From an uncultured Methanosarcinaceae archaeon (lineage in GTDB: Archaea > Halobacteriota > Methanosarcinia > Methanosarcinales > Methanosarcinaceae), in contig CAWHXP010000003.1 in the NCBI GenBank assembly GCA_963833425.1, positions 560,182-624,181 on the forward strand: 64,000 nucleotides of DNA, read 5' to 3'. Each line of letters begins with the position of its first letter. Position 1 is the first letter of the stretch. The position numbers were made by a program, and so were the translations under genes. The notes below the pieces were generated by a model. It saw only the letters and a program-made list of their open reading frames with translations. It was not told the DNA's origin and made no database searches. Shown here piece by piece: positions 35,353 through 47,498 of the stretch.

Positions 35353-37059
35353 ATGACAACACCAGATATACTTCCAGATAGTATAATGCTAATCCTCTTT
35401 TTGGTTCTCGTTACCGGGGTGGCATTTCCTTTCAGCAGTTTCATTGCACGCGTTTTTGACGGAAATTTGTCCAGAGGAATTCCGGGACAGATCGAAAATG
35501 CAATATACAGATCAATAGATACCGATCCTGATAAAGAAGAAGGATGGCGGGGTTACACCCGCGATATGCTCATCTTCAATGGAATAGGTTTTGTAATTCT
35601 CCTTCTAATTCTTCTTTTTCAAGATTCTCTGCCTCTTAACCCACAAAAATTCGGGGCTTTTAATATAAGTTTTGCCATCAACACCGCATCTAGCTTTGTC
35701 ACTAATACAAATTGGCAGATCTACAGTGGTGAAACGGCAGCAAGTTATTTTACCCAGATGGCTGGACTTACAGTTCATAACTTCCTTTCCGCAGCTACAG
35801 GTATCTGTATAGCTATTGCAGTGATGCGAGGCATCACTCGCCAGTCGACCTATAAGATCGGCAACTTTTGGGTGGATATGACTCGATGCACCCTTTACAT
35901 CCTTCTACCGATAGCTTTTATTTTTGCTCTCGCGCTTGTTTCCCAGGGTGTCATTCAGAATATAGATCCTTATGTACAAGCCACAGGATACGGTTCAGCA
36001 GGACCCCAGACGATCCCAATGGGACCAGTGGCTTCCCAGGAAGCGATAAAAGAGTTCGGTACCAATGGAGGAGGATTTTTTAATGCAAACTCTGCACATC
36101 CCTACGAAAATCCAACTCCTTTGACTAACCTAATAGAAATTTTCCTTATACTCATAATATCTGCAGCTCTGCCTCTGGTCTTTGGAAGGATGATCGGAAG
36201 CATGAGACAGGGATGGGTTATCTACGCTATTATGCTAGTGCTGTTTTTATTAGGATTCAGCACACTCTATGCTGCAGAGCTGGCAGGAAACCCACTGATA
36301 AAGGAACTTGGTGTTTCCGGAATATCCATGGAAGGGAAAGAGGTAAGGTTCGGACTATGGGGGTCATCACTCTTTACTACATCTACTACAGCAACCTCCT
36401 GTGGAGCAGTAAACTGTGCCCATGATTCGCTTACACCACTTGGTGGTCTGGTGCCCATGTTCTTGATTCTTCTCGGTGAGGTTGTCTTCGGTGGAGTAGG
36501 ATCTGGATTCTACACTATGATCGGATTTGTGGTGCTTTCGGTTTTCATTGCAGGACTTATGATCGGACGAGTCCCTGAATACCTCGGGAAAAAGATAGAG
36601 GCATTGGAAATGAAGATGGCCGTCATAACAGTTCTTGTCCCTGGAATCCTTGTTCTACTGTTTTCGGGTATTGCACTGATTCTACCAAAAATTGGAGATT
36701 TAATGGGAAACCCAGGTCCACATGGACTTTCAGAAGTGGTATATGCTTTTGCTTCAATGTCTGACAACAACGGTAGTGCCTTTGCTGGAATCGACGCAAC
36801 AAAGCCATTCTTCACATATGGGGGGAGCTTAGCAATGTTGATAGGCAGGTTTGTCCCTGCTGTTGCCATCCTGGCAATAGCAGGATCGATGGCGCAGAAG
36901 AAAAAAGTTCCATCAAGTTCAGGAACTCTTCCCACAGCTTCGATTTCATTTGGTATTTGGACAATCCTAGTAATCTTGATCATCGGTGCACTCACGTTTT
37001 TCCCACTCTTCGCCACCGGGCCGATTATCGAACACCTGATTATGATGGGAGGGAATTAA
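35353..37059 (+). CDS. kdpA: potassium-transporting ATPase subunit A
   Basis: [42 protein letters not shown] filter motifs; start is ATG 35353 or TTG 35335. Confidence 0.96.
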   Translation: MTTPDILPDSIMLILFLVLVTGVAFPFSSFIARVFDGNLSRGIPGQIENAIYRSIDTDPDKEEGWRGYTRDMLIFNGIGFVILLLILLFQDSLPLNPQKFGAFNISFAINTASSFVTNTNWQIYSGETAASYFTQMAGLTVHNFLSAATGICIAIAVMRGITRQSTYKIGNFWVDMTRCTLYILLPIAFIFALALVSQGVIQNIDPYVQATGYGSAGPQTIPMGPVASQEAIKEFGTNGGGFFNANSAHPYENPTPLTNLIEIFLILIISAALPLVFGRMIGSMRQGWVIYAIMLVLFLLGFSTLYAAELAGNPLIKELGVSGISMEGKEVRFGLWGSSLFTTSTTATSCGAVNCAHDSLTPLGGLVPMFLILLGEVVFGGVGSGFYTMIGFVVLSVFIAGLMIGRVPEYLGKKIEALEMKMAVITVLVPGILVLLFSGIALILPKIGDLMGNPGPHGLSEVVYAFASMSDNNGSAFAGIDATKPFFTYGGSLAMLIGRFVPAVAILAIAGSMAQKKKVPSSSGTLPTASISFGIWTILVILIIGALTFFPLFATGPIIEHLIMMGGN

Positions 37060-37061
37060 TA

Positions 37062-39131
37062 ATGCCACGAGCTTCATCTTCCAGGTTAGTCGCTTTTGAA
37101 CCGAAACTTATTCGTGAAGCGCTCGTTAGTTCAGTGCTGAAACTGAACTTACGTCAGCAGATCGAAAACCCAGTAATGTTTACAGTGGAAATAGGAAGTA
37201 TCCTGACAACTGTAGCTTTTCTCATTAGCTTCTTCTCTGCTACCACTGAGTCCTCATTCTTCATCGGCTTTATTTCTCTCTGGCTGTGGCTCACAGTGCT
37301 CTTTTCCAACTTTGCGGAATCCCTGTCTGAAGGACGTGGAAAAGCCAGGGCAGCATCTCTCAAGCAGTCCAGAACCAGCGTTCTCACCAGAAAGCTTACA
37401 GTAGAATCTGTCGATGGTCCTTTCACCGAAGTACCTTCCTCCGATCTACGGAAAGGCGATCTCGTACTCGTAAAGACAAATGAAGTGATCCCTGGAGACG
37501 GAGAAGTGGTGAAGGGAGTCGCATTAGTCAATGAAGCCGCAATTACCGGGGAATCAGCACCTGTTGTGCGTGAATCCGGGGGCGATAGGAGTGCTGTGAC
37601 CGGAGGAACTACAGTTATTGCAAATGAGATAATCATCAGAATTACCGCTGATCCCGGTCAGACTTTCCTGGACCGTATGATTGCCATGGTGGAAGGTGCA
37701 GAGAGACGGAAGACTCCTAACGAAATAGCTCTTGGAATACTACTCATTTCGTTGACAGTTGTATTTCTTGCGGTTGTGATTAGCGTGTACTCAGCTTCTG
37801 AGTATAGCGCTTCTTCAAGCGGAAGAGGCTCCCATGTAAGCTTCACAGTACTTATTGCACTTTTTGTCTGTTTGGCACCCACAACAATTGCAGCCCTGCT
37901 CTCAGCAATAGGAATAGCAGGAATGGATCGGTTGTTCCAGTTGAATGTCATTGCTCTCTCAGGAAGAGCAATCGAAGCTGCTGGAGATGTAAATGTCCTG
38001 CTGTTAGACAAAACAGGCACAATCACCTTAGGTAATCGACAGGCGACTGAGTTTTTACCAGTAGATGGTCAGTCGCCGGATGATTTGATGGAAGCCGCTA
38101 TGCTTTCTTCTACTGCAGACGATACTCCAGAAGGCAAAAGCATTATTGATCTTATACAAAAAAAGACCGAAAAAATCCCAATTTCTTCAGAGGATGTCAC
38201 TTTCACACCATTTTCGGCTTTAACTAGATTGAGTAGTGCACAACGTGGTGAGATAATCTACCTGAAGGGGGCTTCCGATGCAATAATTAAGTTTGTTCTT
38301 GATCATAAAGGTACCGTTCCATCAGATCTGAAAACGAAAGTAAACGGAATTGCATCTAAAGGAGGTACCCCGCTGGTTGTCGCTCGCAATGAAACAATTC
38401 TCGGTGTAATATTCCTCAAAGACATCTTAAAAACTGGTATTCGAGAAAGATTTGCAGATCTGCGTAAGATAGGAATAAAAACGATTATGATTACAGGAGA
38501 TAATCCTCTTACAGCTGCTACTATCGCAGCAGAAGCCGGAGTAGATGACTATCTGGCAGAAGCAAAACCTGAAGAGAAACTCATGATGATAAGGGAATAC
38601 CAGAAGGAAGGCTATATGGTTGCCATGACAGGGGATGGAACAAATGATGCTCCCGCTCTTGCTCAAGCTGACGTAGCCGTGGCCATGAACAATGGCACGC
38701 AACCTGCGAGAGAAGCATCAAACATCATTGATCTAGATAGCGATCCAACCAAACTGTTGGACATTGTCGAGATAGGTAAGCAAATCCTGATGACTCGTGG
38801 AGCTCTGACGACCTTTTCTATAGCTAACGATATTGCCAAATACTTTGCAATTATTCCCGCTGCTCTGATAGGGATATATCCGCAGCTTAAGGTACTGAAT
38901 ATCATGGATCTTGCAACACCGCAGTCCGCCATCCTTTCTGCGGTTATATTCAATGCTGTGATCATTCCAATGCTTATACCACTTGCATTAGCCGGGATAA
39001 AGTTCAAGCCTATGTCGGCTTCGAAACTTTTTGCCTACAACCTAACCATCTTTGGCTTTGGAGGAGTTATTGCTCCCTTTATAGGAATTAAAGTAATAGA
39101 CCTGATATTAGCCGGTTTACTGCATATCTGA
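37062..39131 (+). CDS. kdpB: potassium-transporting ATPase subunit B
   Basis: TGES, DKTGT phosphorylation site, KGA, MITGDN, GDGTNDAPAL; start MPRASS at 37062. Confidence 0.97.
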   Translation: MPRASSSRLVAFEPKLIREALVSSVLKLNLRQQIENPVMFTVEIGSILTTVAFLISFFSATTESSFFIGFISLWLWLTVLFSNFAESLSEGRGKARAASLKQSRTSVLTRKLTVESVDGPFTEVPSSDLRKGDLVLVKTNEVIPGDGEVVKGVALVNEAAITGESAPVVRESGGDRSAVTGGTTVIANEIIIRITADPGQTFLDRMIAMVEGAERRKTPNEIALGILLISLTVVFLAVVISVYSASEYSASSSGRGSHVSFTVLIALFVCLAPTTIAALLSAIGIAGMDRLFQLNVIALSGRAIEAAGDVNVLLLDKTGTITLGNRQATEFLPVDGQSPDDLMEAAMLSSTADDTPEGKSIIDLIQKKTEKIPISSEDVTFTPFSALTRLSSAQRGEIIYLKGASDAIIKFVLDHKGTVPSDLKTKVNGIASKGGTPLVVARNETILGVIFLKDILKTGIRERFADLRKIGIKTIMITGDNPLTAATIAAEAGVDDYLAEAKPEEKLMMIREYQKEGYMVAMTGDGTNDAPALAQADVAVAMNNGTQPAREASNIIDLDSDPTKLLDIVEIGKQILMTRGALTTFSIANDIAKYFAIIPAALIGIYPQLKVLNIMDLATPQSAILSAVIFNAVIIPMLIPLALAGIKFKPMSASKLFAYNLTIFGFGGVIAPFIGIKVIDLILAGLLHI

Positions 39132-39138
39132 GGAGGTA

Positions 39139-39705
39139 TTGATCGTGACATCTCTCAAAAAAGCCACGTTGCTATTCGGAGTATTATTTATAATCACAGG
39201 ATTTGTTTATCCCTTTGCTGTGACGCTAGTCTCAGAAAGCTTATTTCCTTACCAGGCTCATGGGAGCCTTATCATCGACAATAACAACAAAATCATCGGC
39301 TCGAAGCTCATCGGTCAAAACTTTACCACACCTAAGTACTTCCGGAGCAGGCCTTCAGCTAGTGGAAGTGGATACGATCCGACATCTTCAGGAGGGTCTA
39401 ACCTAGGCCCGACAAACCCAGCTCTCTTAGGATTGGTAGCAAATAGGACAAGTGCACTAAAGGAAGCAGGAGTTACTGGCCCGATACCTTCTGATCTAGT
39501 TATGGCGTCGGGAAGCGGGCTTGATCCACATATAAGCCTAGAATCCGCACTTGTACAGGTATCTACTGTGGCGAAGGCACGAAACATTCCGGAAGAAGAA
39601 CTCAAAAAACTGGTGCTTTCAGAATCTATCGATTCTCCATTCACTGGAACTTATGTTAATGTTCTTTCTCTCAACCAAGCGCTTGATAAGAAAGGGAACA
39701 CTTAA
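39139..39705 (+). CDS. kdpC: potassium-transporting ATPase subunit C
   Basis: YQAHGSLI, GSKLIGQNF, SGGSNLGP, MASGSGLDPHIS, VNVLSLN. Confidence 0.96.
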   Translation: MIVTSLKKATLLFGVLFIITGFVYPFAVTLVSESLFPYQAHGSLIIDNNNKIIGSKLIGQNFTTPKYFRSRPSASGSGYDPTSSGGSNLGPTNPALLGLVANRTSALKEAGVTGPIPSDLVMASGSGLDPHISLESALVQVSTVAKARNIPEEELKKLVLSESIDSPFTGTYVNVLSLNQALDKKGNT

Positions 39706-39714
39706 GAGGAAATA

Positions 39715-39940
39715 ATGGGAACAGATCGTAGTGAAGAAGAAGGAAGACCACTAGCCGAAGATTTGCTCTGCATTGCTCGTCATGATGAGCAAAAAGAGCA
39801 TATGACAAAGCAATTGAAATTAACCCAAAATATTTGGATGCTTGGAATAATAAGGGAAATTCTCTAAGCAAATTGGGTAAGTCCGATGAAGCACAAAAAT
39901 CTTGGGCCAAAGTAAAGGAAATTGATTCAAAAGCTTGATA
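39715..39940 (+). pseudogene. probable kdpD N-terminal stump joined out of frame to a TPR fragment
   Basis: After SD-like gagga: MGTDRSEEEGRPLAEDLLCIARHDEQK; another frame gives AYDKAIEINPKYLDAWNNKGNSLSKLGKSDEA (TPR). Confidence 0.6.
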
Positions 39941-40123
39941 CAATAAAGGAACTTTATCTTAATGATTACTTAAATTAAGTTTGTATGTTGAACATTCATT
40001 AAATTTTTATTTTTTTTCTTTTGTTAAATAAATATAGCAACTTTTTGGCTTTTTAACATAATACTGGTCTTGTTTGAGACTATTTTTTCTTATTATTAAT
40101 TAATGTGATACTGTTGATCTTGC

Positions 40124-40283
40124 ATGTCTAAAAGTTGATCTTGTGATCTGCAGGTGACAAGATACCTGCAGCCAGCCGGAAAGTCTGCTGCAAGGTACTG
40201 GAAATATCTATAAAGCATAACTCGATTTAATTAATTATATATTTCTTGATTTATTCTAAATAGTGTTAACTTAAACTAATTAG
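40124..40283. mobile_element. ~160-bp MITE-like element (family E) with internal hairpin
   Basis: Matches the reverse complement of 44680-44838 (ttgatcttgtga.ctgcaggtga...attatatattt.ttg...taaactaattag). Confidence 0.65.
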
Positions 40284-40829
40284 TTTGATGATCATGTAGC
40301 CCTGATCTAGTAAATTATAACAGACTGTAGATTGTCTCCTTCAGTCGATAACTTCGCGTATATTTTATACTATTTCAAACATGCACAGTTTTTTTGTGCC
40401 AAAACCTATGCATCAGTGAAATACAAAAAAGACACAAAATTTGTCAGTATAACTGTTAGCTCTACGCCCCATTGCATTATATAAAATTTACTATCTACTG
40501 CCAAAGGATTTTATTTTGAAGTATAATTTACAAAACTATTCACTAATAACATAAATATAAAATGTGTGCTAGATGAACAACAGTTATGGAAAGACTTACA
40601 TAGACTAACTAATGATGAAGACAACACATGAGATCTCGCGCAGTCCATGCTCTTGGTTCTTTGTTTTCTAAGTACTATATAAACAACAGGCTTGGAACGA
40701 TTCATATAAACTGAGCAATGACTAAAACAGCGATGTGAGAGATTGTGCACCCCAAGCTCTTGGTTCTGCGTTTTCTCAAGTGCCGAATAAACTTCAGAAA
40801 TGGAAATATTAGCTATCTGTGTGCTTTTC

Positions 40830-41166
40830 AAATAAAATTATGATATGAAACTGCCACCGCCATTAATAAGCAACTCTACAATTTCCTTAAACGCCATTTT
40901 TGCTGCAATCTCCAAAGCGGTGTTGCTATTTTCTTCTTGAATATTGAGATTGGCGCCCCTTTGATAAGCAACTCAACCACATCCTTATACCCAGTTTGCG
41001 CCGAATATATCAAAGCAGTTTTACCATATTCGTCCTGTGAATTAATATCAATCTTATTGCTTTTTAGAAATCTCTCTACTTTTTCTATTTGCCCTAATCT
41101 ACACGCGTTTAAAAATTCATGGTTTTCATCTTTGCCAAATAAATTAGATCGAATGTCAATCAACAT
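40830..41166 (-). pseudogene. ankyrin repeat protein, frameshifted
   Basis: ACRLGQIEKVERFLKSNKIDINSQDEYGKTALIYSAQTGYKDVVELLIKGA, then a frameshift. Confidence 0.75.
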
Positions 41167-42480
41167 TTCCCCTTAATATTGCATATTATATAATGTACCA
41201 CAATCTACCTATCTTTGTTTTTTTGATTGAAACACAGAAATTAGAGAAACCTACATTTTTACTTAAAGGATAGGCAAATAAAAATGACTTAGTGAATTGG
41301 ATATTTTGAGCTTATTTCAAAACTACCTTCAACTTCTTTTAATCGATGTATCTATGCATTTTACTATAATATTTTCACAAGTATTCTAATATTATCACGG
41401 TATTGGGGCTTCACACCTGTCAGACATTACGTAAATTACCTAAATTTCCATCAGGTCTTTTTTGGTTCCGTTTTCTCCGGTAGAAGCTTAGTGTTTAATC
41501 TGCTATTTTCTGGATCAAGGTTTGAATGGGACTGTTTGCCTATGTATATTTTCATTCAATTTATCTATCTGTTCATACTTGTGTACATCTAAATATATAA
41601 ATAAAAAAAATAAAAAGATAGTATTTGGAACAAAATTAAAAATATGAATAAACCGAATAAGAAACTCAATTTTTCAATATAGTAAAAAAATTTGAGAAAT
41701 AAATAGGAAAAACGTTTTTGATATTCTTTTTTGAGCTTCATCTCCAAGTTTAAGATCAGTAAGAAATTGTGGTACATTATAAATCCATTTTCTTATTTGA
41801 TAAGATAATGATTAATATAATATTAATACAAACATAGTTTTTGTTATAAAATATATTTATATTCTCAACGTCAACTTTATATTGCAATTTTTTGCACTAT
41901 TAACTCACTAACAAGATTAAGAGTGTAGATAAATACAAACATCTTTTTATTTTTAAACACATCTGTTTTTTTCAATCCTATCTGTTTTTTTGTTTACAAA
42001 TATTTATACTAAACGTTGTTTCCTTTTCACGATTATAATGTAGGATGCCTAATGCTTTAGGTATGGATACATGATTTTATAAAAGTTAGAGGGATATATA
42101 ATGTAAAAAATTAAAATACTCATTTTTAAATATTCAGATAATAAAAAATATATAAAATTAAATTAATTTTATTTCCTTCGTTGATCGTTTATCCTCCGAT
42201 CTACTAAAATCCTGTAAAAACATGATTTCCTAATAATCAGTAAATTTATAATATTTATTCATCTAGAGCATTGATTCTAAAATCTACACTTATTCAGGAG
42301 AAAACTGTAGTTTTGAATCCAAATAGTTACATTATTATTAAGATTTCATAGAACTGCCTACCATCAGATGTCAATTCTTGTCAATAGAATGTTTCTTGGG
42401 AGACTAATAGCATACAAGTAAGCACCCTTTATATGCTGTAGTGTAAGAGATTCCTTATAATCCATAGGATTTGAGGGCGC

Positions 42481-44658
42481 ATGAAAAGAACTGGATTAAT
42501 ATGTCTATTTGCTTTTGAAATTGCACTAATTATCGCTTTAAACCTCGTAGCTCTTGGTTCGCCTGAAAATTCGATGGGTAATACAACCATCTCAGGATAT
42601 AGGAAGCCTTCGATCCTGGAGCATGGACCTCCCAGTAAAACTGGCGGCGATTTTGATGAGTATGCCAATGGAGTTTGGATAAAGAGCCATCCTGTGCCTG
42701 CGGACAAATCTCAATATGAAGAGATTGAGATCATAGATGACAGAATCTACGACCGCGTAAAAAAAATAGTTGAAAGTGCAGCCAATAATACCTCTGCTCC
42801 TGAGGGAAGTCTCGAACAGAAGATTAGCAAGTTCTAAGTTGTGGGAATGGATAATGCTACCCTGAAAAGACAGCATTTGGATTCCATCAAAGACGAGCTG
42901 AAAATGATAGACAATATTTCCAACGCCTCGGATGTCCAGGTCGCATCGACTCAAATGATGGACTATGGCATGGGTCCTTTCTTTTCCATGTATGCCGCGC
43001 CAGACAAAAAAATAGCAAGTTCATGATAGCCACCCTCACTCAGGGGGGGGGTCTAGGCCTCCCAGATAGAGATTTTTATCTAATGCAAGATGAAACGAAT
43101 CAATCTAGATCATAGAGCAGTACCTGAACCCACGTCACCAAGATGTTTGTCCTTCTCGGTGATAGCCAAGAGGTCGCTGAGAGTAATGCCAGAACCGTGA
43201 TGAAGATAGAGACCAGGCTAGCCAACGCATCTTTCACCAACGTGTCCGACGAAGATGAGGTCAACACATACAATAAAATGAGCCTTGAGGAGCCTCAGAC
43301 CTTTGCCCCAGACATGAATTGGTCTCGTATCTTCAATGTCCTGAGCCAGCCAGGCATAGCCGAGGTTAACGTCAGAAACCCCTCATTCTTCAAGGAGCTA
43401 AGCATCTATCTGCAGGGAGAAAGTGTAGCTGACTGGAAAACTTTTCTTCGCTGGAAGCTGATATCAGCCACGTCCCCTATCTTAGCTCCGACCTAGAGAA
43501 GGAGCACTTTGATTTCTATGAGAAAAACTCAATGGCTAGCAGGTAATGAAGCCCCGCTGGGAGAGGATCCTTGACGCAGAATATGAGGCCATAGGCGAGG
43601 ATATAGGCCGCATTTATGTGGAAAGGTATTTCGACTCAAGTTCCAAGGCCAGGATGCAGGAGATGGTATCCAACCTAAAGAAAGCCTTCAGGGAAAGAAT
43701 TAAAAATCTGACATGGATCGAGCCTAAAACCAAGAAAAAAGCCCTCATGAAGCTTGATGTTTTAGATGTTCAGGCAGGCTACCCTGAAGAATGGCTGAAT
43801 CAATACGAGCTAGAAGTGAAGAATGATTCATATTTCATGAATGTCCTTCGTGCCTCTAAATTTAATTTTCACCACGGTCCAGATGGCTTGGATAGTATAG
43901 GCAAGCCCGTAGATCGTAAGGTATGGGAGATGAACCCCAGGAGACTAATGCTTATGCTGACGTTAATAAGGTTCTTATAGTCTTCCCGGCAGGCATTCTC
44001 CAGCCCCCATTCTTCAATAAAAATGCTGATGATGCCGTCAACTACGGTGCCATAGGTGCTATTATAGGATACGAGATGACTCATCACTTCGATAGCCAGG
44101 GTAGGAAGTTCGACATAAATTGGAATTTGACTGAATGGTGGACGCCAAAGGACGCTGATAGCTTTAACAAGAGTACGGGAACTTGGGTGGATGAGTACAA
44201 CAGGGTTGAAGTCCTACCCGGCCTGCAAGTCAACGGCAACCTGACCTTGCAAGAGAACAAAGCAGACTTCGGCGGATTGACCATAGCCTACCATGCCTAT
44301 AAGCTTTCATTAAAAGGGGAGCCGGAGATGATAGATGGATTCACTGGTGATCAGCGGTTTTTTTTTAAGCTTCGCCCAGATGTGGAGGGAATCTGACACT
44401 AATGAATCCCTGAGGACGCAAGCACTTACTGATCCCCACTCTCCCAGCAGGTTTAGGGTCAACGGCGTTGTCTTCAATATGCCTGAGTTTTAAAAGGCTT
44501 TCCCGAGCGTAAAGTCAGTGGATAAACTATACAGGCCAGAGATTGAAATGCCTGTGATCTGGTTCTTCAATGTGTCTGAGTTTTACAAGGCTTTCCCGAG
44601 CGTAAAGTCAGTGGATAAACTATGCAGACCAGAGATTGAAAGGCCTGTGATCTGGTAG
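42481..44658 (+). pseudogene. M13 (neprilysin/PepO) metallopeptidase pseudogene
   Basis: GDFDEYANGVW, NAY...IVFPAGILQPPFF, NYGAIGAIIGYEMTHHFD (HExxH altered), ENKADFGG, DPHSP; many stops and frameshifts. Confidence 0.9.
44471..44656 (+). repeat. 93-bp tandem duplication of the M13 gene 3' end
   Basis: 44471-44563 and 44564-44656, six mismatches by my count. Confidence 0.9.
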
Positions 44659-44679
44659 AGTGATCATATGAATTTTGTC

Positions 44680-44838
44680 CTAATTAGTTTAGGTTAGTAC
44701 TATCTAGAAAATATACAAAAAATATATAATAATTGAATCTAATTCTAATTTATAAGTTTCCTACTACATCAAGTAGACCCTTTATCTAGCTGTAGGCGTT
44801 TCTTCACCTGCAGCTCACAAGATCAATTTTTCTGACAT
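44680..44838. mobile_element. MITE-like family E, second copy (inverted)
   Basis: Reverse complement aligns with 40124-40283. Confidence 0.65.
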
Positions 44839-45172
44839 TATACTGTCGTTGATGACCACAAGATTTCTAGGAGTTTATAAAGGGCAGCAGATGCAGGATA
44901 TCCAGATAGATCCTCCTAGGGTAGTATGCCTACTTCTCTGTAAAATCACAACTCTCAAACAGTTAATAGGGAGAAAGTTATGTAAATTAGAAACTTTTTA
45001 CTATTTTCTAAAATTTCAATTAATTGTAGTCAATTGCTAATAAAATTAATAGTAAATTTTTACAATGGCAGAAGATATCAAAAAGTCTAAAATTATAACA
45101 TGGAAGTTTTTATAAAAATAAATTAATGAAAAATAATATAACGGATTTAGTTCTTTGCGGTGCTTCATGATA

Positions 45173-45263
45173 GAAGATTTTGATAAACCCCAATGTTTTG
45201 CTGATTGCTCATAAAGTATAAATATAAGCAATTTGTTGAAATCGGAGATTTATCGAAATTCTC
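45173..45263. mobile_element. MITE family A copy with 4-bp target-site duplication GATA
   Basis: gata|gaagattttgataaacc...gatttatcgaaattctc|gata; near-identical to the reverse complement of 56353-56443. Confidence 0.85.
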
Positions 45264-45759
45264 GATAATCTAAGAGTGTTAAATTTAGAACTTATGTGGT
45301 TAAACTACGAATTAATAGTATTAAATCGACAGTGTGCCGATTTTGCTGCAAAATCAAAAATTCCAATGAATTATGTGAAAGGAAATCACGCATCTTTAGA
45401 TCTAATCACATAAAGTACACAAAAATTTAACTTTGAATTTACAGTGAATTTACGATGCTGAGATTAAACATTTAATTGTATGAAAAGTGGATTTTTCGTC
45501 AAATACTTACGTTTTTCTACTAAACTTAAATGTAAAATTGGACTATGGAAAGCATGGAGAACAAAAAATAAAGGCTATAAGAACACTGTTTATCTGTGTC
45601 TTTCCGTTTTTCCGTGTTTATAGAATTTCGAGTTATTTATGTACCAATAATTATGCTCGCGACTATAATTAGTTTTTTAAAAATATAATTAATTCGTGAA
45701 TTGATTATATTAGTTTAGCCACGTTTTAAACTTACAATAGAGAGCTGGAAAAACAACAT

Positions 45760-45872
45760 GAAGCTTACGCGACTGAACTTGAAAATAAGTAGATTAACCC
45801 TGTTATTATGCAAAAAACTTTAAACCATTACGTTTATTAGACTTATTTTTATACATCAGGTGCGTAAGGCCC
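45760..45872. mobile_element. MITE family B (TIR ~GGACTTACGCA)
   Basis: agcttacgcgactgaact ... ggtgcgtaaggcc. Confidence 0.65.
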
Positions 45873-46210
45873 AACAATTATATTTCAACTACCCGAGATC
45901 CCACCTCAAAAATGAAAATCTGATTGTTTTTGCCTATGTGTCTGTAAACTCAATTATTCTAAACTAGATCAGAATATGCTTGTTATAGCTACTTGTTATG
46001 GCTTGTTAGTCGCAGGAAATGCAAAAAAGTATTCGAAATAAATAGGGAAATAACTTAGGCAAAGAATATTCATTTTGGGATTAAATCAACTGAATTTATT
46101 GTGAAAATTGGCGAGTACAGTTAAAAAAATACCAAGTTATTTTACAGTGAGCATCAATTACTGGATTTTGGATTGATATTTGAAAAAATTCGATATAAAT
46201 TAGGGACTTT

Positions 46211-47498
46211 ATGGTTGTCTTAAAATCAATGGGACTCTATGTTGCAAATTCAATTGGTGTTGGAGCTATGATTGGAGCTGAAATTTTTTCTATTTTCGGG
46301 ACAGCTGTAAAAATTTCGGGAAACGCAGTATATATTTCTTTTATCATCGCAGGGATAGTTGCTCTTTTAAACGCTTATTCCTGTGCAAAGCTCGCTGTCA
46401 GAATTCATTCTGCTGGCGGACTTGTAGAATTTCTCCTAAAAGGATTTGGAGACGGCGTTTTGAGTGGTGGATTAAACATTTTACTGTGGGTGAGTTATGT
46501 TTTTGTACTTGCCCTTTATTCCAAAGGCTTTTCTTTTATGCAATAACTTTTCTACCTCCAGATTCGGCACAAATATGGGGAAAAGTTTTTGCAACTGTAA
46601 TTATCCTAATCTTTACTATCATAAATTTCATTGGAGCCAAAGCCGTAGGAAAATCGGAGTTATTTATTGTTTCGATAAAATTTGCATATTATTTCTTTTT
46701 GCAGCTGCTGGGATTGCTTGCATGAATACGGAAAATCTCGCAATTTCTACATGGCCAACTTCCAAAAGCATCCTTTTCATTCAGGCATAGTATTTCTTGC
46801 ATACCAGGGCTTCGAATTGATAACCAATGCTGCAGAATATGTCAGTAACCCAGAAATCACTCTTCCAAAAGCACTTTACCTAAATGTTGTGCTTGTCACT
46901 TTTATCTATGTATTAGTCAGCCTAATGGTAATCGGAAATCTTTCAATTTCCGAGATTGAAAATTCAAAAGATTATGCACTTGCAGCAGCATTAAAACCTT
47001 TTCTGGGAGTTATAGGTTTTAAAATCATGGCTTTTGCTGCCCTAATTTCAACTTCTTCAGCAATAAATGCCGCTCTTTACGGAGGGCAAACATAAATTAT
47101 CTGCTTAAAAGGAAGGACAGCTACCTGCATTTTTTGAGAGAAAAGTGTGGAAAAAAAGCACAGAAGGTCTATTTATTACATCAAGCCTTGTAATCCTTGT
47201 CTCTAACTCTCTCTCCAGTGACTGAATAGGCATGCTCGTGAGTACTTCCTTACTCATAATTTACATAGCTGTTAACGCTTCTCATCTACTCCTATTAAAA
47301 GAAACTGGAGCAAGACCCTGGATAATTTAGACTTTGCTTCTAAGCAGCTTGATTTTCTTTGGAGTGCTTGTATATTACGAATTTGCTAATTCGAAGCTCA
47401 CTCTGGTACTGCTTATAATCACGATTTTTTTCTGCTTCTCTGCAGAATGGATTTATAGAAAGTCTTCTGGCAGATCAATAAAGGCAAGGACTGATTAA
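46211..47498 (+). pseudogene. APC-family amino acid permease pseudogene
   Basis: IGVGAMIGAEIFS, SAGG, FLAYQGFELITNAAE, STSSAINAALYG split across at least four frame segments. Confidence 0.85.

Noticed and set aside
44471..44656. 93-bp duplication as a DGR TR/VR pair
   Set aside because: Only half the mismatches are at adenines of one copy, the units are directly tandem, and no RT is present
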